Source of the DNA: Steroidobacter denitrificans
GTDB lineage: Bacteria; Pseudomonadota; Gammaproteobacteria; Steroidobacterales; Steroidobacteraceae
Direction: 5' to 3'
NCBI GenBank assembly: GCA_040395055.1
Contig: JBEBRC010000001.1
Location: 4,542 to 68,541, forward strand
DNA length: 64,000 bases
The notes below the pieces were generated by a model. That model had not been told where the DNA came from and made no database searches. It saw nothing but the letters and a program-made list of their open reading frames with translations. This document shows positions 27,255 to 37,213 of this stretch, piece by piece; within the stretch, counting starts at the first letter, position 1; each line of letters starts with the position of its first letter. Both the position numbers and the translations under genes were made by a program.

Positions 27255-28730
27255 CTACTTGTCGACCCGGTCCCGACCCCGAGTTCCCGCGCCAGCTTTG
27301 CGCCGACTCAGGCTCGATGGGTTCGCAGCTCCCGCATCCGCGGCTACTTTGACAGCTTTGGTGCTGGATTTCGCCTTGGCCTTGGAACCGGACTGGGCCT
27401 TTGGTTTGGGGTCGAGCTTGGATCCGGACTTGGACTTTGGCTTGAGTCCAGACTTGGCCTTGGGGGCAGGCTTGGGCTTGGGCTTGGCCTTGGGCACCAC
27501 GGCGAGGCGGGACGGGCGCGCGACAGGCGCACGGTCCTGGAGCCTGCGCTTCGCCCTGCCCGAGGTGCTGCTCGCGATGCCAACCGAAGCATCGTCGCGC
27601 GAGCCGGTGGCCGAGCGGGTCGAGCGGTCCGGCTCTGTGCCCAGGGGTACTTGCTGCGTGATGCAATGGATATTGCCGCCGCCCAACAGAATCTCGCGTG
27701 CCTGCACCCCGATGAGACGCCGTTGCGGAAAGATCCGCTGCAGGCTGCGCGCCGCCTCCTTGTCGTGCCTGGGATCCAGCAGCGGCATGACGATCGTGGA
27801 ATTGGCCAGGTAGAAATTCACATACGATCCGGCCAGCCGCTCGCCGACTCGCCGCGGCTTGCCGCCCTCGGCGACATCGATGTCCTCCACGTCCTGCGCG
27901 GTACGATACATCGGTCCCGGCTGATGCAGCTTGTGGACCTTCAGGCGCCGGCCTTGCGCATCGCGCGCTTCCATCAGCCGCTCGAATGCATCCTGGCAGA
28001 CGCGATACTGCGGGTCGCGCTTGTCGTCGGTCCAGGCCAGTACCACCTCGCCCGGGCGCGCGAAGCAGCACAGATTGTCGACATGACCACTGGTCTCGTC
28101 ATCGATCAAACCCTGCCCCAGCCAGATGATGCTGGTCACCCCCAGGTACTCATGCAGCAGGATCTCCAGCTGGCCGCGATCCAATTGCGGGTTGCGGTTG
28201 GGGTTCAGCAGGCACTCTTCGGTCGTGATCAGGGTGCCTTCGCCATCGACATGGATGGCGCCGCCCTCCAGCACCAAAGCTGCACGGTAGCGCGCACGGC
28301 CTTCGATCTGCAGCACCTTACGCGCCACCAGGTCATCCTGGTCCCAGGGAAAATGCAAGCCGCCGGCCAAGCCGCCCCAGGCATTGAACTGCCAATCCAC
28401 ACCTCGTACGTCTCCCTGCCCGTCCACGACGAACGTCGGCCCGACATCGCGCATCCATGCATCGTCACTGCTCATTTCGACCACCCGGATCGCATCCGGG
28501 AGCATCGAGCGCGCGTGCACGAACTGGGCGCTGGATACGCCGACCGTGACCGCCTCGGCGGTGGCGACCGCAGTCGCCACCGAGCAGAAGGCTGCCTGCG
28601 CCGGCTTCGCGCCCAAACGCCAGTTGCTCTGCCGTTCGGGCCACAGCATCCAGCATCCGGCATGCGGCTCGAACTCGCCGGGCATGCGAAAGCCATCGGC
28701 GGCTGGCGTCGTCTCGAGCGTCTTGGTCAT
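27255..28730 (-). CDS. aguA: Agmatine deiminase with a 129-aa Lys/Ser/Pro-rich C-terminal extension
   Basis: The core matches the agmatine deiminase/PAD_porph family ([53 protein letters not shown] with the catalytic Cys). The frame continues without a stop into ...[26 protein letters not shown]... ATG at 28730. Confidence 0.85.
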   Translation of the reverse strand: MTKTLETTPAADGFRMPGEFEPHAGCWMLWPERQSNWRLGAKPAQAAFCSVATAVATAEAVTVGVSSAQFVHARSMLPDAIRVVEMSSDDAWMRDVGPTFVVDGQGDVRGVDWQFNAWGGLAGGLHFPWDQDDLVARKVLQIEGRARYRAALVLEGGAIHVDGEGTLITTEECLLNPNRNPQLDRGQLEILLHEYLGVTSIIWLGQGLIDDETSGHVDNLCCFARPGEVVLAWTDDKRDPQYRVCQDAFERLMEARDAQGRRLKVHKLHQPGPMYRTAQDVEDIDVAEGGKPRRVGERLAGSYVNFYLANSTIVMPLLDPRHDKEAARSLQRIFPQRRLIGVQAREILLGGGNIHCITQQVPLGTEPDRSTRSATGSRDDASVGIASSTSGRAKRRLQDRAPVARPSRLAVVPKAKPKPKPAPKAKSGLKPKSKSGSKLDPKPKAQSGSKAKAKSSTKAVKVAADAGAANPSSLSRRKAGAGTRGRDRVDK

Positions 28731-28752
28731 AGGTAGCGGCCCGCCCATTGCA

Positions 28753-30174
28753 TCATGAGGACTGCTCGGTCGTCGGCTCTAGCGTCGCCGGAACGAGCAG
28801 CCTGGCCGGGATGATGTGGCGCTTGAGGAGGACTACCGCCACCACCACCACCAGCATGGCGCCGGCCAGCCAGGCGAAGTAGGCATCCGCGCCATAACCC
28901 AGCACCGTGGCCCCGGCGTACGAACTGGCCACGGCCCCTACCCTGCCAACAGCCAATGCCACGCCGACTCCCGTCGCTCTGTTGCTTGCCGGATAGACGC
29001 CGGCCGCCAGCGCGAACAACATCACCTGAACGCCATTGATGGAGGCGCCCAGCAAGGCCATCGCCAGGACCACCAGCACCGGGCTGCTGCCGGCACTGGC
29101 ATCGAAGCCCCAGATTGCCATCAGCACCGCGACCACCGCTCCGCCGGCGGCGCCCGTGATCAAGGTCGGGCGCGAGCCGTAGCGGTCCATGAACCAGGCG
29201 CCCGTCAGTGCGCCGGCAATCCCGCCCAGATTGAACCCGGCCAGGCCGCTGCTGGCCACCGCCAGGTCGAACCCGGCCCCGACCAGCATGGTGGGCGCCC
29301 AGTTGAACACCGCATAGACGCACAGCAGGCAGGAAAAGAATGCCAGCCACAGCACCAGCGTGTCCCTCAGCAATGGACCCTGGAACAAGGTGAGGAAAGG
29401 CTGCCGCACCGCCGCGCCCGTCGTCGCCGAGGCGAACTGCGCGTCATCGGCGACCTGCAAGCCGCAGCGACGCAGGACCTGCACCAGCTGCAGCCGCTTG
29501 TGCGGCTGCCTGACAAGATAACTGGGCGACTCGGGCAGCCTGAACACCATGATGGCGGCAACGATGAGCGGCAGTATGCCGCCGATCAGGAACAACGCCC
29601 TCCAGCCATAGACCGGCAGCACACCCGCTGCAATCAGGCCACCGAGCAAGCCACCCACCGGCACCCCTACGATGCCGAGCGTCACGGCCAGGCTTCGGCG
29701 CTGCAAAGGGGTATATTCGGCGAGCAATGCCGTGGCGTTCGGCATGGCGCCGCCGAGGCCCAGTGCAGCGATGAGACGCAAGGCGAACAGACTGGAAAAA
29801 TCGTCGACGAAGGCGATTGCCCCGGTCGCAAAGCCGAAGGTCGCCACGCAGACAATCAATGTCGGCCGGCGGCCGTAGCTGTCGCCGAAGAATCCCGCCA
29901 GCGCGGTGCCGATGCTCATCGCGACCAGGCTGAGCGCGACGACCGGTGCGAAGTCCGCGGGTGTCACCCCCCAGTCTGCGATCAGCGCGGGAATCGCGAA
30001 GCCCAGAAGCTGGTTGTCGAGGCCGTCGAGAATGACCGCCAGGGCCGCGAGCAGCAGCACGGACTTCTGAAAGCCGCTCCAAGGCGCGCGATCGATCCTG
30101 TCCACTACGTCGATGGCCACAGCGCCTGAAGAGCCGGGTCCGCCCGCCGAGGGCTGTCCGAGATGTGCCTGCAT
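28753..30174 (-). CDS. MFS transporter, aromatic acid:H+ symporter (AAHS)-like
   Basis: Twelve hydrophobic segments. N-terminal motif [30 protein letters not shown]...FGDSYGRRP, typical of PcaK/MhpT-like MFS transporters. Confidence 0.85.
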   Translation of the reverse strand: MQAHLGQPSAGGPGSSGAVAIDVVDRIDRAPWSGFQKSVLLLAALAVILDGLDNQLLGFAIPALIADWGVTPADFAPVVALSLVAMSIGTALAGFFGDSYGRRPTLIVCVATFGFATGAIAFVDDFSSLFALRLIAALGLGGAMPNATALLAEYTPLQRRSLAVTLGIVGVPVGGLLGGLIAAGVLPVYGWRALFLIGGILPLIVAAIMVFRLPESPSYLVRQPHKRLQLVQVLRRCGLQVADDAQFASATTGAAVRQPFLTLFQGPLLRDTLVLWLAFFSCLLCVYAVFNWAPTMLVGAGFDLAVASSGLAGFNLGGIAGALTGAWFMDRYGSRPTLITGAAGGAVVAVLMAIWGFDASAGSSPVLVVLAMALLGASINGVQVMLFALAAGVYPASNRATGVGVALAVGRVGAVASSYAGATVLGYGADAYFAWLAGAMLVVVVAVVLLKRHIIPARLLVPATLEPTTEQSS

Positions 30175-30355
30175 GATTTGGCGATCCGTCTTGGGATTGA
30201 GGTGAACGTCGAACTTCGTCCAGGACGATCGAGCAAGCCGGAGGTGCCGCAGCTCGATCGCAGCCGAAGAGGTAACCCTTCGTCGGACGCGGCGCGCGCG
30301 GCTGGGTGCCTGGTGCCAGGCCCGATGCCGCCGCTCGCATCCTGCAGGTTTGTGG

Positions 30356-30559
30356 CTAACGGTTCAGCGTGTACTCCGCGCTGCAGTATGGGCATTTCGC
30401 CCAGCCTGTCTTCTCGATCGGCAGAAACACCCGCGGATGTGAATTCCACAGGTGCATGCCGGGCATGGGGCAGGATAGCGGCAGATTGTCCGGCGTCACC
30501 GCGTACTGGTTTTGCGCGTTGGGCTGAATGAGCTTCGCGGTCGGTTCGGTTGTTGTCAT
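30356..30559 (-). CDS. Small zinc-finger (CHCC-type) protein
   Basis: 67 aa. LSCPMPGMHLWNSHPRVFLPIEKTGWAKCPYCSAEY pattern. Lies 43 nt downstream of the glnE stop on the same strand. Confidence 0.7.
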   Translation of the reverse strand: MTTTEPTAKLIQPNAQNQYAVTPDNLPLSCPMPGMHLWNSHPRVFLPIEKTGWAKCPYCSAEYTLNR

Positions 30560-30602
30560 GAACGGTGCGCCTCGAGCATGCGAAAGAATATTATATCGGG
30601 GA

Positions 30603-33503
30603 TTATCGCAGATCAGCCGCTTCGCGCATGACCTCTTCCCATACTTCGATGACTCCGCGCCGAGCCTCGACGAATTCCGTGTCATCGACCACGCTCCCGG
30701 CTCCATCCAGCGACAAGCGATGCAGACGCTGGCGGTAAAGCCGGTAGGTATCGGTCAGGAAGTCCACCCTCGACTGCGATACCAGGTCACCGGACGCAAG
30801 ACTCTCCAGCTGACGGATGTTATCCGAGAACGTTACGATCTGCGGATACTGGTCCGCCCATTTGAGCATCCAGAACTGCACCAGAAACTCCAGATCCGCG
30901 ACCCCCCCGGCATCCTGCTTCAGGTCGAACTGGCCCGGACGCGCCTTCGATAGATTCTCACGCATGCGCCGGCGCATTTTTCGCACTTCGTCCTGCAGGT
31001 CGTCGCGCCGGACGGCCTGGCGCAACACCTCTATCCGGGCGGACTCGAACTGCTCGCGCAGCATGCTGTCGCCGGCAATGGCCCGCGCGCGCAGCAGGGA
31101 CTGATGCTCCCAGGTCCAGGCATCCTGGAATTCGTAATCGCGAAACGCCGCCAGCGACTGCACCAGCAGCCCCCGATTGCCGCCCGGGCGCAGCCGGGTG
31201 TCCACCTCGTACAACCGCCCCGCGGCAGTATGTACGGTCAGCAAATGCACCAGGCGCTGCCCCAGCCGCTGGAAGAAAACCCCGTTATCGACGCTTTGTG
31301 AACCTTGCGTGCGTTGCGTTGCGCCCGAGGAGTCGTGCAGGAAGACCAGATCCAGGTCCGATCCGTAGCCCAGCTCCAGCCCCCCGAGCTTGCCGTAGGC
31401 GACCACGATCATGCTCGGGGCGTGGGATCCGCCCTCATCCTGGCACAGCGGTTTCCCGTAACGCTCGGTCATCTGCGCCCAGGCAAGCGCCAGCGCCTCC
31501 TGGACGATGAGTTCGGCGATATCCGTCAAGCGGTCGCTGACCTTCATCAGCGGCAGCCGGCCCGTCAGGTCGGCGACTGCGATGCGAAATATGGCGGCAC
31601 TCTGGAACTGGCGCAGGATCTCGACCTGCCGCTCAGGATCGTCGCTCTGCATGGCCATGCGGCGCCCGGCGAGATCCTCCGCGAACTGCGCGCGCGTCGA
31701 CTGCTCTTCGAGCAAGCGCTCGTCGATGAGTTCATCGAGCAGCAGCGGGAAGGCAGCGATCTGGTCCGCCAGGAACTGGCTTTGCGCACACAGGCCGACC
31801 AGACGGTGCAGCGCGACTTCGCTTTCATTCAACAGCGCAAGGTATACGGTGCGGCCGCCGATCATTTCCAGGATGCGCACCACGCGCGCCATCACGGTCG
31901 GCGGCGCGGCCGCCTGCGCGATCTGCGGCAGCAGGCGCGGCAGCAGATCGTGCAAGCGGCGCCTGCCGGTCTCGTCGAGCCGCCGGTAATAGGCTCCGAC
32001 CCGCAACTGTTCCAGCAGATCGCCCACCGCGGCCGTATCGGCGAATCCCAGCGCCTGCAGCGCACGCTCACGCTCCTTGGCCGGCGCGTCGATGTCGAAC
32101 GTGGTCGGGGCCTTGCGTCGCGCGCCTGCCGAATCGCTCGGGCCGAACACGATCTGCGCGAAGTGCCGCGACACGCGTCCACGATGCTCGTTCAATCGCT
32201 GCCACAAGTCGTCCCACCCGGCGGCATTCATCGCCAGCGCCAAACGCGCGCGCGCGACCGGGTTCTGCGGCAAACGATGCGTCTGCTCATCGTTCCACTG
32301 CTGCAGCCGATTCTCGAGCAGGCGCAGGAAATGATAGGCAGCCTGCAGTTCCTCGACCGCTTGCCGCGGCATCAGGCGGCGCCCGATCAGCCGCGGCAGC
32401 ACGACGCGCAACTCCTGGCTTTGCAGCCGGCGATCGCTGCCGCCACGGATCAATTGCAGCGCTTGCACGATGAACTCGATTTCTCGAATACCGCCGGGGC
32501 CGAGCTTGACGTCGTCCTGCATTTCCCGGCGCTCCACCTCGCGCGAAATCATCGACTTCATGTCACGCAGCGACTCGAAGACGCCGTAGTCCAGATATCG
32601 CCGGTACACAAAAGGGCGCAGCACATCGTCGTAGAGGGCGGGATAGTGCTCGCGCGCCGTCAGCGCCCTTGCCTTTACATAGGCATAACGCTCCCAATCC
32701 CGGCCATGCTGCTGCAGATAGTGTTCGAAGGCGGCGAAGCTGAGGGCCAGAGGGCCACTGTCCCCGAAAGGCCGCAAGCGAAGATCGACGCGATAGACGA
32801 AACCCTCGACGGTCGGGGTGGCCAGCAATTGCGTCATCTTTTGTCCGAGCCGCAGGAAGAATTCTGCGTTGTCGACCGACCGTGCGCCGTCCGTCTCCCC
32901 GTCTTCCGGATAAAGCAGCACGAGGTCGATATCGGAGGAAAAATTCAGCTCGCCACCGCCCAACTTGCCCATGGCGAGCACCAGCAGCGGCTGCTGCGCC
33001 CCGCTTTCCCCACCGCGCGGCATGCCGTAGCGAGCCGCCAGCGCGGCATACATGTAGCGATAGGAGAATTCGACGCAGGCATCCGCCAGCGACGACAGAT
33101 CCCGCAGCGTTTCCCCCAATTCGGACCAGCCGGCGATATCGCGCCAGGCGATGCGCACCATCTGGCGCCTGCGAAATTGCCGCAGCGAGGCCATCACATC
33201 CTGCTCGGTCTCGCCTGTCACCTGCGCGGCGAGCTGCGATGCCATCCAGCCCTCTGCCACAGGGTCGAAGAGAGTGCCCTGTGCCACCGTGTCCTGCAGC
33301 AGCGAGGGATCGCGAGTGCAGCTGTTGGCCACGAAATCGCTGCAGGCCCAGACGCGCGGCAGGGACGCTCCGACACGGGCATGCGACAGGATCGCGCGCC
33401 AAAGCGCCGGATCGCGTTCGCTGGCCGCGAGCAGCCGCGCCGCGCCATCGGCGAACAGATCCGGCTGCGAGTCCTGGGGCGAGTCCTGCACGGCATCGGT
33501 CAT
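30603..33503 (-). CDS. glnE: Bifunctional glutamine synthetase adenylyltransferase/adenylyl-removing enzyme
   Basis: Two nucleotidyltransferase halves (LGGGELNFSSDIDLVLLY and LGGLELGYGSDLDLVFLH). Length and order are typical of GlnE. ATG at 33503 chosen; the track ORF extends to 33662. Confidence 0.92.
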   Translation of the reverse strand: MTDAVQDSPQDSQPDLFADGAARLLAASERDPALWRAILSHARVGASLPRVWACSDFVANSCTRDPSLLQDTVAQGTLFDPVAEGWMASQLAAQVTGETEQDVMASLRQFRRRQMVRIAWRDIAGWSELGETLRDLSSLADACVEFSYRYMYAALAARYGMPRGGESGAQQPLLVLAMGKLGGGELNFSSDIDLVLLYPEDGETDGARSVDNAEFFLRLGQKMTQLLATPTVEGFVYRVDLRLRPFGDSGPLALSFAAFEHYLQQHGRDWERYAYVKARALTAREHYPALYDDVLRPFVYRRYLDYGVFESLRDMKSMISREVERREMQDDVKLGPGGIREIEFIVQALQLIRGGSDRRLQSQELRVVLPRLIGRRLMPRQAVEELQAAYHFLRLLENRLQQWNDEQTHRLPQNPVARARLALAMNAAGWDDLWQRLNEHRGRVSRHFAQIVFGPSDSAGARRKAPTTFDIDAPAKERERALQALGFADTAAVGDLLEQLRVGAYYRRLDETGRRRLHDLLPRLLPQIAQAAAPPTVMARVVRILEMIGGRTVYLALLNESEVALHRLVGLCAQSQFLADQIAAFPLLLDELIDERLLEEQSTRAQFAEDLAGRRMAMQSDDPERQVEILRQFQSAAIFRIAVADLTGRLPLMKVSDRLTDIAELIVQEALALAWAQMTERYGKPLCQDEGGSHAPSMIVVAYGKLGGLELGYGSDLDLVFLHDSSGATQRTQGSQSVDNGVFFQRLGQRLVHLLTVHTAAGRLYEVDTRLRPGGNRGLLVQSLAAFRDYEFQDAWTWEHQSLLRARAIAGDSMLREQFESARIEVLRQAVRRDDLQDEVRKMRRRMRENLSKARPGQFDLKQDAGGVADLEFLVQFWMLKWADQYPQIVTFSDNIRQLESLASGDLVSQSRVDFLTDTYRLYRQRLHRLSLDGAGSVVDDTEFVEARRGVIEVWEEVMREAADLR

Positions 33504-33917
33504 GTCAGCATCCAGCGATTGGTTCAGGCCAGTGCACAAAGCCATCGCGAAACAGGACGCCATGGCGCATGGTAGCGCTCGCCGGGCCACAGATGCCGGC
33601 GCACGACTGGCGAATCGCTCGCGAGGCAACCCATAAAGCAGTCTAGCGCAAGTCGCTGCCACGGCCGAAGCAGCTATGGAGGCATGAGATCCCTTCCAGG
33701 GCGTTTTCGGCGCAAAACCTAGAGCGCGATCACCCTTTCAACTCACCGGGATCGAATAGGATCGCGACATGCTCCTCTGCGTCGCGGCGGCACCAACCGC
33801 TGTCGTAGCGAGTCGGCCGACAGGCGCGGACAAGCATCCGCTTCAGGCTTCGCCCTAAAGCACTGAGCGCGCCGTCATGCGAACGTCTGTGACCCCCCCC
33901 GCGGCACCGAAAGCGCC

Positions 33918-34850
33918 ATGAAACGACACAATCTTCGCTCGAACTTGGCCTCGCTGCTGGAAGCCGTCGCGCTGGCCGGTACCGTCGCCCTGGCGGCGTT
34001 GGTCGTCAGCCAGCGCGCCGACGCAGCCACGGGTCTGTGTGCGCAAGGCGCGCCGTGCCATCGCGGTATGCTGCTTGAATCGCAACACGTCCAGCGCTAC
34101 GAAGCAGCCTTGCAGCGCGGCGCCTTCGCGGCATCCGCGCTGCATCGTGCCGAAATGTCCGACCAGGACTACTCGGCGTTCAGCGGCATCGGCGTCATCG
34201 CCTGCTCCGTCGGCGGCCAGACCCGTTCCTCGACCGCATTCCTGGTCGGCGCCTTCGACATCGGGGTGACGGTGGCCCATACCTTCGAGATCGATGGCGT
34301 CAGCGCGCAGGCGCAAGACTGCGCCTACAACAGTACGGACTCGCGCGGCCAGATTCGCGAACGCATACCCATCTCCTACATCAAGTCGCAATGGAATACC
34401 GAAGCCGGGGCGGCGGGCGAACCCGCCAAGGATCTCGCCGTGGTGCGATTGAGCCACCCCTCGCGCTACGCACAGCGCACCATGCCACTGGGCCGATTCA
34501 CGGGCGACACCGCCCCGGCGGTCATGGTCGGCTTTCGTTCTGACATCAGTGCCGGCACCCTCAAGCGCAAGTCCCGCGGCACCGTGTACGAGCGAGCGTT
34601 CGACGACAACGCCGCCGGGATCAGGACAGCCGGCCTGGCCGGCTTCATGCACGACATGGATGCGCGCGGAATCTCCGCCGGCGCCCCGGTCATCGACGAG
34701 CGCACGGGCGTCATCATCGGCATCCACATGCGGCTGTCCAGCACCCGCAACACCATGATCACCATGAACGATTGGCTGGAGGCCACCTTGCGGCAGGAAA
34801 TGCAAGCGCACGCGCAACTGCAGTCCGAAACGGAATCGACGCCCAATTAG
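33918..34850 (+). CDS. Secreted trypsin-like (S1-family) serine peptidase
   Basis: Signal peptide (VALAGTVALAALVVSQRADA). Candidate catalytic triad contexts: TVAHTF (His), DLAVVRL (Asp), GISAGAPVID (Ser). Confidence 0.65.
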   Translation: MKRHNLRSNLASLLEAVALAGTVALAALVVSQRADAATGLCAQGAPCHRGMLLESQHVQRYEAALQRGAFAASALHRAEMSDQDYSAFSGIGVIACSVGGQTRSSTAFLVGAFDIGVTVAHTFEIDGVSAQAQDCAYNSTDSRGQIRERIPISYIKSQWNTEAGAAGEPAKDLAVVRLSHPSRYAQRTMPLGRFTGDTAPAVMVGFRSDISAGTLKRKSRGTVYERAFDDNAAGIRTAGLAGFMHDMDARGISAGAPVIDERTGVIIGIHMRLSSTRNTMITMNDWLEATLRQEMQAHAQLQSETESTPN

Positions 34851-34967
34851 CCGGCGGCCGGCGACGGCGGCCGGCCGCGCCACCATCCTGCCCCGCGGCC
34901 CTCATCTGGCCTCGGTGCGGCTGACTTTCCGGCGCGGCGGCTGGCTTTCGACTCGACCTGGACCCGC

Positions 34968-35999
34968 TCAACTTTCGCCTTCGCTCCAGTCCAGATACGC
35001 CTGGAATTGAGGCGTCGCACGCCTGTGCAGCCGCCCATCGCGCCATTCGATGAACATGACCGGCATCTGGCGCTGCGCGGCCAGGTCGTATCCCGGCTGC
35101 GCACCCAGAACGTTGAAGGCGGTCGCCCAGGCATCGGTATGCATCGAGGTCGGGCCAATCACGACCACGGAAGCCAGGGCATGCGCGACCGGCTTCCCGG
35201 TGCGCGGATCGATCGTATGAGAATATCGCCGGCCGTCGCGCTCGTAATAGCGTCGATACTCGCCCGAGGTGGTCACGGCCATGTCCTGCAGCTGCACGAT
35301 GGCGTACGGCGCCGGCTCGGCGTCGACCGGCCGCTCCACCGCCACCCGCCATGGGCCGCCTCGTGCATTCAGGCCGACGGCCAGTACTTCGCCGCCGATG
35401 TCGATCATGTGGCGCCCGATACCCATCGACGACAATCGCGCCGAAAGCAAGTCGACCGCATAGCCCGGCGCAATGCCATTCAAGTCGATTTCCAGATCGG
35501 GCACATCCTTGCGCAAGGCGAACGGCTGCATGCTCACGTGCAGCTTGCGGTAACCCACCCGTCGACGCAGCGCATCCAGATCAGCGTCCTGCGGCAGCGA
35601 TACCGGCTGCGCCGCCGGACCGAATCCCCAGGCCGCCACCATCGGCGCCAGCGTCACATCGAACGCCCCACCCGACAGTTCGCTGAACTCGAGCGCCGCC
35701 CGAACGAGCCGCGCAAGATCGGCGGACACCGGGAACCATTGCGTCGACGCGGAGGCATTGAAGCGCGAGACCTCGGAGTCGGCCCGATAGCTGGACATGG
35801 CCAGGTCGATACCGGCCAGCACCTCCTCGGTCGCATGGCGTATGACCGCCTCGTCCAGGCCCGGCGGCGGCTCGATCACCTTCACCGAGTACGTCGTCCC
35901 CATCGTGGGTCCGGAAATCGACAGCTCGGCAGGCCGTTTCGCACAGCCCATGAACGCCAGCAGCAGGGTCGGGACAATCAGGACAATCGTTCGATTCAA
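34968..35999 (-). CDS. apbE: FAD:protein FMN transferase (ApbE family) lipoprotein
   Basis: Lipobox LLAFMGC followed by GPTMGTTYSVKV. Also DLNGIAPGYAVD, AVTTSGEYRRYY and HTIDPRTGKP motifs. The start codon is apparently TTG. Confidence 0.88.
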   Translation of the reverse strand: MNRTIVLIVPTLLLAFMGCAKRPAELSISGPTMGTTYSVKVIEPPPGLDEAVIRHATEEVLAGIDLAMSSYRADSEVSRFNASASTQWFPVSADLARLVRAALEFSELSGGAFDVTLAPMVAAWGFGPAAQPVSLPQDADLDALRRRVGYRKLHVSMQPFALRKDVPDLEIDLNGIAPGYAVDLLSARLSSMGIGRHMIDIGGEVLAVGLNARGGPWRVAVERPVDAEPAPYAIVQLQDMAVTTSGEYRRYYERDGRRYSHTIDPRTGKPVAHALASVVVIGPTSMHTDAWATAFNVLGAQPGYDLAAQRQMPVMFIEWRDGRLHRRATPQFQAYLDWSEGES

Positions 36000-36144
36000 G
36001 GTGGCAGCTCGACGGCTCCGGAGAACAGTAAGAATGCCTGGCCGTGGCGCGGATTGCGCGCTTCTCGCCCGACGGAGCGGCTGCCGGCGCCGCCTTGCGC
36101 AACCGCTGTCGACAGTGCACCCGGCAGGCGGCTAAGCTAAGTCG

Positions 36145-36696
36145 ATGCCTCGGACGCCGTCTGCCTCTCATCATCGCTTGTCACGCCTGCTGGCCGTCTC
36201 GGGCATGCTTGCGATCTGCATCGGCGCCAGTTCCCAATCCTGCAGCTTCGGATCCGATAGTGGGGGCAGCGATCGCCCCTCGTTCGTAACCGAACTAAGC
36301 TTGCAAGACCTGGATGGCCAGGTCACCGACAGTTTCGAGCGCGGCGATCCCATCACGCTGGTGTTGACCGTCCGCAACCGCCTCGGCACAAGCGTCGAGG
36401 TCGATTTCCCCAGCGCACGCACGTTTGATTTCGTGGTCGTGCGCCAAAACACAGACAACGTCGTATGGCAGTGGTCCAACGGCCGGAATTTTCCACAGGT
36501 TGCCACCACACTGACTTTCGCCCCTGGCGAGACCAAGACATTTTCATGGGACTGGGACCAGCAGGGCAACAACGGCGAACAGGTCCGGCGCGACAGCTAT
36601 GAAGCACGGGGCGTGCTGGTTTACGCCGGCTTCGATACCAACCCGCTGCGTTCGAACCAGCTGGGCTCGACCTTGATACGCTTCGAGATCCGCTGA
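36145..36696 (+). CDS. BsuPI-like putative proteinase-inhibitor lipoprotein
   Basis: Lipoprotein-type signal (MLAICIGASSQSC). Ig-like core GDPITLVLTVRNRLGTSVEVDFPSARTFDFVVV...TLTFAPGETKTFSWDWDQ resembles the BsuPI family (from memory). Confidence 0.6.
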   Translation: MPRTPSASHHRLSRLLAVSGMLAICIGASSQSCSFGSDSGGSDRPSFVTELSLQDLDGQVTDSFERGDPITLVLTVRNRLGTSVEVDFPSARTFDFVVVRQNTDNVVWQWSNGRNFPQVATTLTFAPGETKTFSWDWDQQGNNGEQVRRDSYEARGVLVYAGFDTNPLRSNQLGSTLIRFEIR

Positions 36697-36715
36697 GACC
36701 GTCTCGACCGCAATC

Positions 36716-37213
36716 ATGACGCTGTGCCTGCGCCACGAACACCTGATCCGGATCAACGATCCGGCGAACCTCGCCGGATCGTGGCTCACGCGTAGCCAGT
36801 TGTGGTCCGGTTTGCACTACACGGTCATCGAACCGCAGGTACTGGACGAATCCATCGACTGGGCGTCGATCGACGAAATCTCGCCGGGCAGATTGCAGCG
36901 TCGGATTCGCCGCGGGCGTCTCATCATGGCGGATGAGGTCGAACTGATCCCCGATGAATCGCTGTGCATCCGTGCCGACCCCGCCGTGCCTTTCGCAGGC
37001 AGCACGCTCACGATGCGGATCGAGGAGCCGGATACCGAAATGCTGTTCGTACGCTTCCTCTACGAAATCAGCGGCCTCGCCCCCCTGCGCGACGAACGGG
37101 AAGACAATGCCCGCCGTTGCGCCTACCAGGCTTCCGACGCGGAGCGCATCCGCCAGGCGCGCCGTCATGCCGCCGCGGCGGCGATTGCGACGACGCGCGC
37201 GGAGCGGCGGTGA
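36716..37213 (+). CDS. Hypothetical protein, possibly DUF1857/AtaL-like (SRPBCC fold)
   Basis: Balanced composition. N-terminal ...INDPANLAGSWLTRSQLWSGL... recalls DUF1857. Translationally coupled to crcB by a GTGA overlap. Confidence 0.45.
   Translation: MTLCLRHEHLIRINDPANLAGSWLTRSQLWSGLHYTVIEPQVLDESIDWASIDEISPGRLQRRIRRGRLIMADEVELIPDESLCIRADPAVPFAGSTLTMRIEEPDTEMLFVRFLYEISGLAPLRDEREDNARRCAYQASDAERIRQARRHAAAAAIATTRAERR

Noticed and set aside
27255-27644. The Lys-rich tail of aguA, considered as a separate histone-like gene.
   Set aside because: There is no in-frame stop between the deiminase core and the tail, and no internal start codon or SD preceding the Lys-rich segment. I therefore treated it as a C-terminal extension, pending read-level verification.
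36010-36050. GAGAAC-N16-CGTG upstream of the BsuPI-like gene, considered as another ECF-type promoter.
   Set aside because: It deviates from the GGAAC/CGT(A/T) pattern at both elements. I included it only as a weak variant that a genome-wide position-weight-matrix scan could re-evaluate.
36640-37210. A fluoride riboswitch upstream of crcB.
   Set aside because: I could not find the conserved crcB-motif elements by eye. crcB is directly coupled to the upstream ORF with no leader. A covariance-model scan is still advisable.
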